A stretch of 64,000 nucleotides of DNA from Fistulifera solaris (Eukaryota), in contig AP026125.1 of the NCBI GenBank assembly GCA_030295235.1, forward strand, positions 1,612,001-1,676,000, in the 5' to 3' direction. The position numbers were made by a program, and so were the translations under genes. Position 1 is the stretch's first letter. The number at the start of each line of letters is the position of its first letter. Under the pieces are notes generated by a model. It did no database searches. It was not told where the DNA came from and saw nothing but the letters and a program-made list of their open reading frames with translations. Below are positions 62,139 to 64,000 of the stretch, piece after piece.

Positions 62139-62306
62139 ATTAAAAACGGTCGTCATGCCTTTTGATCTTGTAATCATTAAGAAATTATCGTTCTTTCTAG
62201 CGAAGCAACAACTCATAAAATGAATTGGTGATGTAATTTAGTGGTACTTGACCTGGTAATACTAACAATTTGATATTGATGTTTGTTATTCGTACATCTC
62301 AAAAAT

Positions 62307-63952
62307 TCATCCCGATGCGAGAAGATTTGATACAGGAAAAGACAGTAAACTGCCACCGAGAAGTCCTAACGCCACGGTGAAAGTAAGAATTTCGGACATT
62401 CGCTGATTCGTCTGACTCTCAATATTGCCGTTCGAACTTGCTATTAATGAAGGCGCGTGAGCAAATGATGCTGTCAAGAGCACTCCGTTCGAAACGGAAA
62501 ATGCCCCCTGTACCAAGAAGGAATACAGATCGCTCGGAATGTGAAAGCGACCACCGTAAGATGAATTGCAAGACAGAAGGAGTGGAATAAAGGCAAAACG
62601 AAGGAAGGATGCGGTCACCAATCGGTGACGAAGAAACTCAAATACCGCCCTGCCATAAGGCGTCCCATGAAATCTCCAATGTTGAAAATGAGAAACGTTA
62701 GGGGTGTGTACAGATCATTGACCAATCGAATGTGCGAATTACATCGCCATATACTTGTCAATTCCGACGTCCAGCCCGGGAAAAGTGCTAGTGTCACAAC
62801 GAATGTGGTAAATATACAAGTGGTTGGATCTCTGACAAGCCACAAGACTTGAGAGGCACTCATTGTCACCGACGACTCGTGGATGTCTGCAACACCGTCA
62901 CGCAGCAAACCATCTGCAGCGCCATAAGAAGCATGCGCTGACATGTCTAGTCGCTCGTCTCTGGTGGAACAATCTTGTGAAGTTCCCTCGTCATCGTCAT
63001 CGTCATCGACATTGGGAAGTAACTCTACCCCAATGCGCTGTGACTCACGTTCAAAATCGGAAGTTGTTGAGGAGTGACTCTCGACCTCCAAGCGTAGAGC
63101 ATCAATCATTGAATAACCGATCAAACACATCGCAAGAACGAGTGCAGCCACCAGGAAATAGATGAACATGCCCCAGTCTGTGGAATGATAGTTACCACAT
63201 GACTGAGCCTCGCTCAAGATGCGAGTGTCAAGGTCGATTTCTCCGTCCAAGTTATCGGAACAACTGTTTTTCCAGTATTCATCGGGATTCTTGGAGATCG
63301 CAGCAGCAAAGTTGGCCAACGAAACGGCCACGCCACCCAAAGATTGTCCTTGTAGAAATGGACTCATCGCCCAGTCGGGACGAGTAAAAGTAGTTGCGGC
63401 GGCGACAACTCCCGCCGATGCCACTACGTTAATGGCTCCTGATACAATCAAACTGAACAAAGTCCATCCTGTGATACCCTTCATGGAGATCGAGGTGACC
63501 ATAATAGCCTGCGCGAGGAATATCAGGACGTACGTTACGAAAGGAACCTGCACAAACCAAAATTTCGACGCCTTCTCGTCGTTTGAATGTGACCTCTGAT
63601 CGTTAGGCTCTTCAGTGGGGATTCTCCGACGCCGCGTTTGCTCCCATAACCACTGTGTCAATAGAATAACTCCCATCGAAACAACGGAAGAGAGTGTGAA
63701 AAGCACGACAAAGGTTGACTCCATATGAGCCATGCAGAAGCGCGCTTGAAAATAATCCTTTGCTGAAATAAACGCATTCCAGGGCACCAGCACTCCGATT
63801 CCCAAGAGACAGAAAACTCCCCTCAATAGTGAAATAGTTTTTACCCATTGCGTCAGCAGCAAACGAGATGATTGTTGAATCAATTCTGTCGGAGCAACCG
63901 ATGACTCCAGCATAGTCGATGCTTCATGGTGATTGTTGTCGTCGTTCGACAT
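62307..63952 (-). CDS. Equilibrative nucleoside transporter (frameshift near 62620)
   Basis: LLGIGVLVPWNAFISAKDYF, GQSLGG, VTLALFPG, FNIGDFMGR, SNG. Confidence 0.92.
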
Positions 63953-64000
63953 TTCAGGACCTTTTGTAGGTTATCTAACTGATAAGGGCATGTCGTTCGA

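Overview
Gene-dense eukaryotic nuclear DNA, most likely a pennate diatom (inference). Support: short GT-AG introns, bipartite signal-peptide + ASAFAP-like plastid presequences, an EFL-type elongation factor and diatom-style kinases. About 30 protein genes are recognisable. Many are split by single-base indels in homopolymer runs, which look like assembly errors rather than pseudogenes. The most striking unexplained structure is a non-coding ~220-230 bp repeat family built around a fixed-spacing palindrome, GACTG-N5-CAGTC. It occurs as a ~9-unit tandem array at 49.6-51.4 kb and as degenerate monomers or dimers in at least four other intergenic regions. One dimer has a 5'-truncated RNase H-bearing non-LTR retrotransposon inserted directly beside the palindrome. 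Other highlights: a candidate structured-RNA cluster at 1.0-1.85 kb, a thioredoxin-cNMP-EF-hand fusion protein, and a UT-family urea channel with a mitochondrial-type presequence. All alignments and translations were done by eye.
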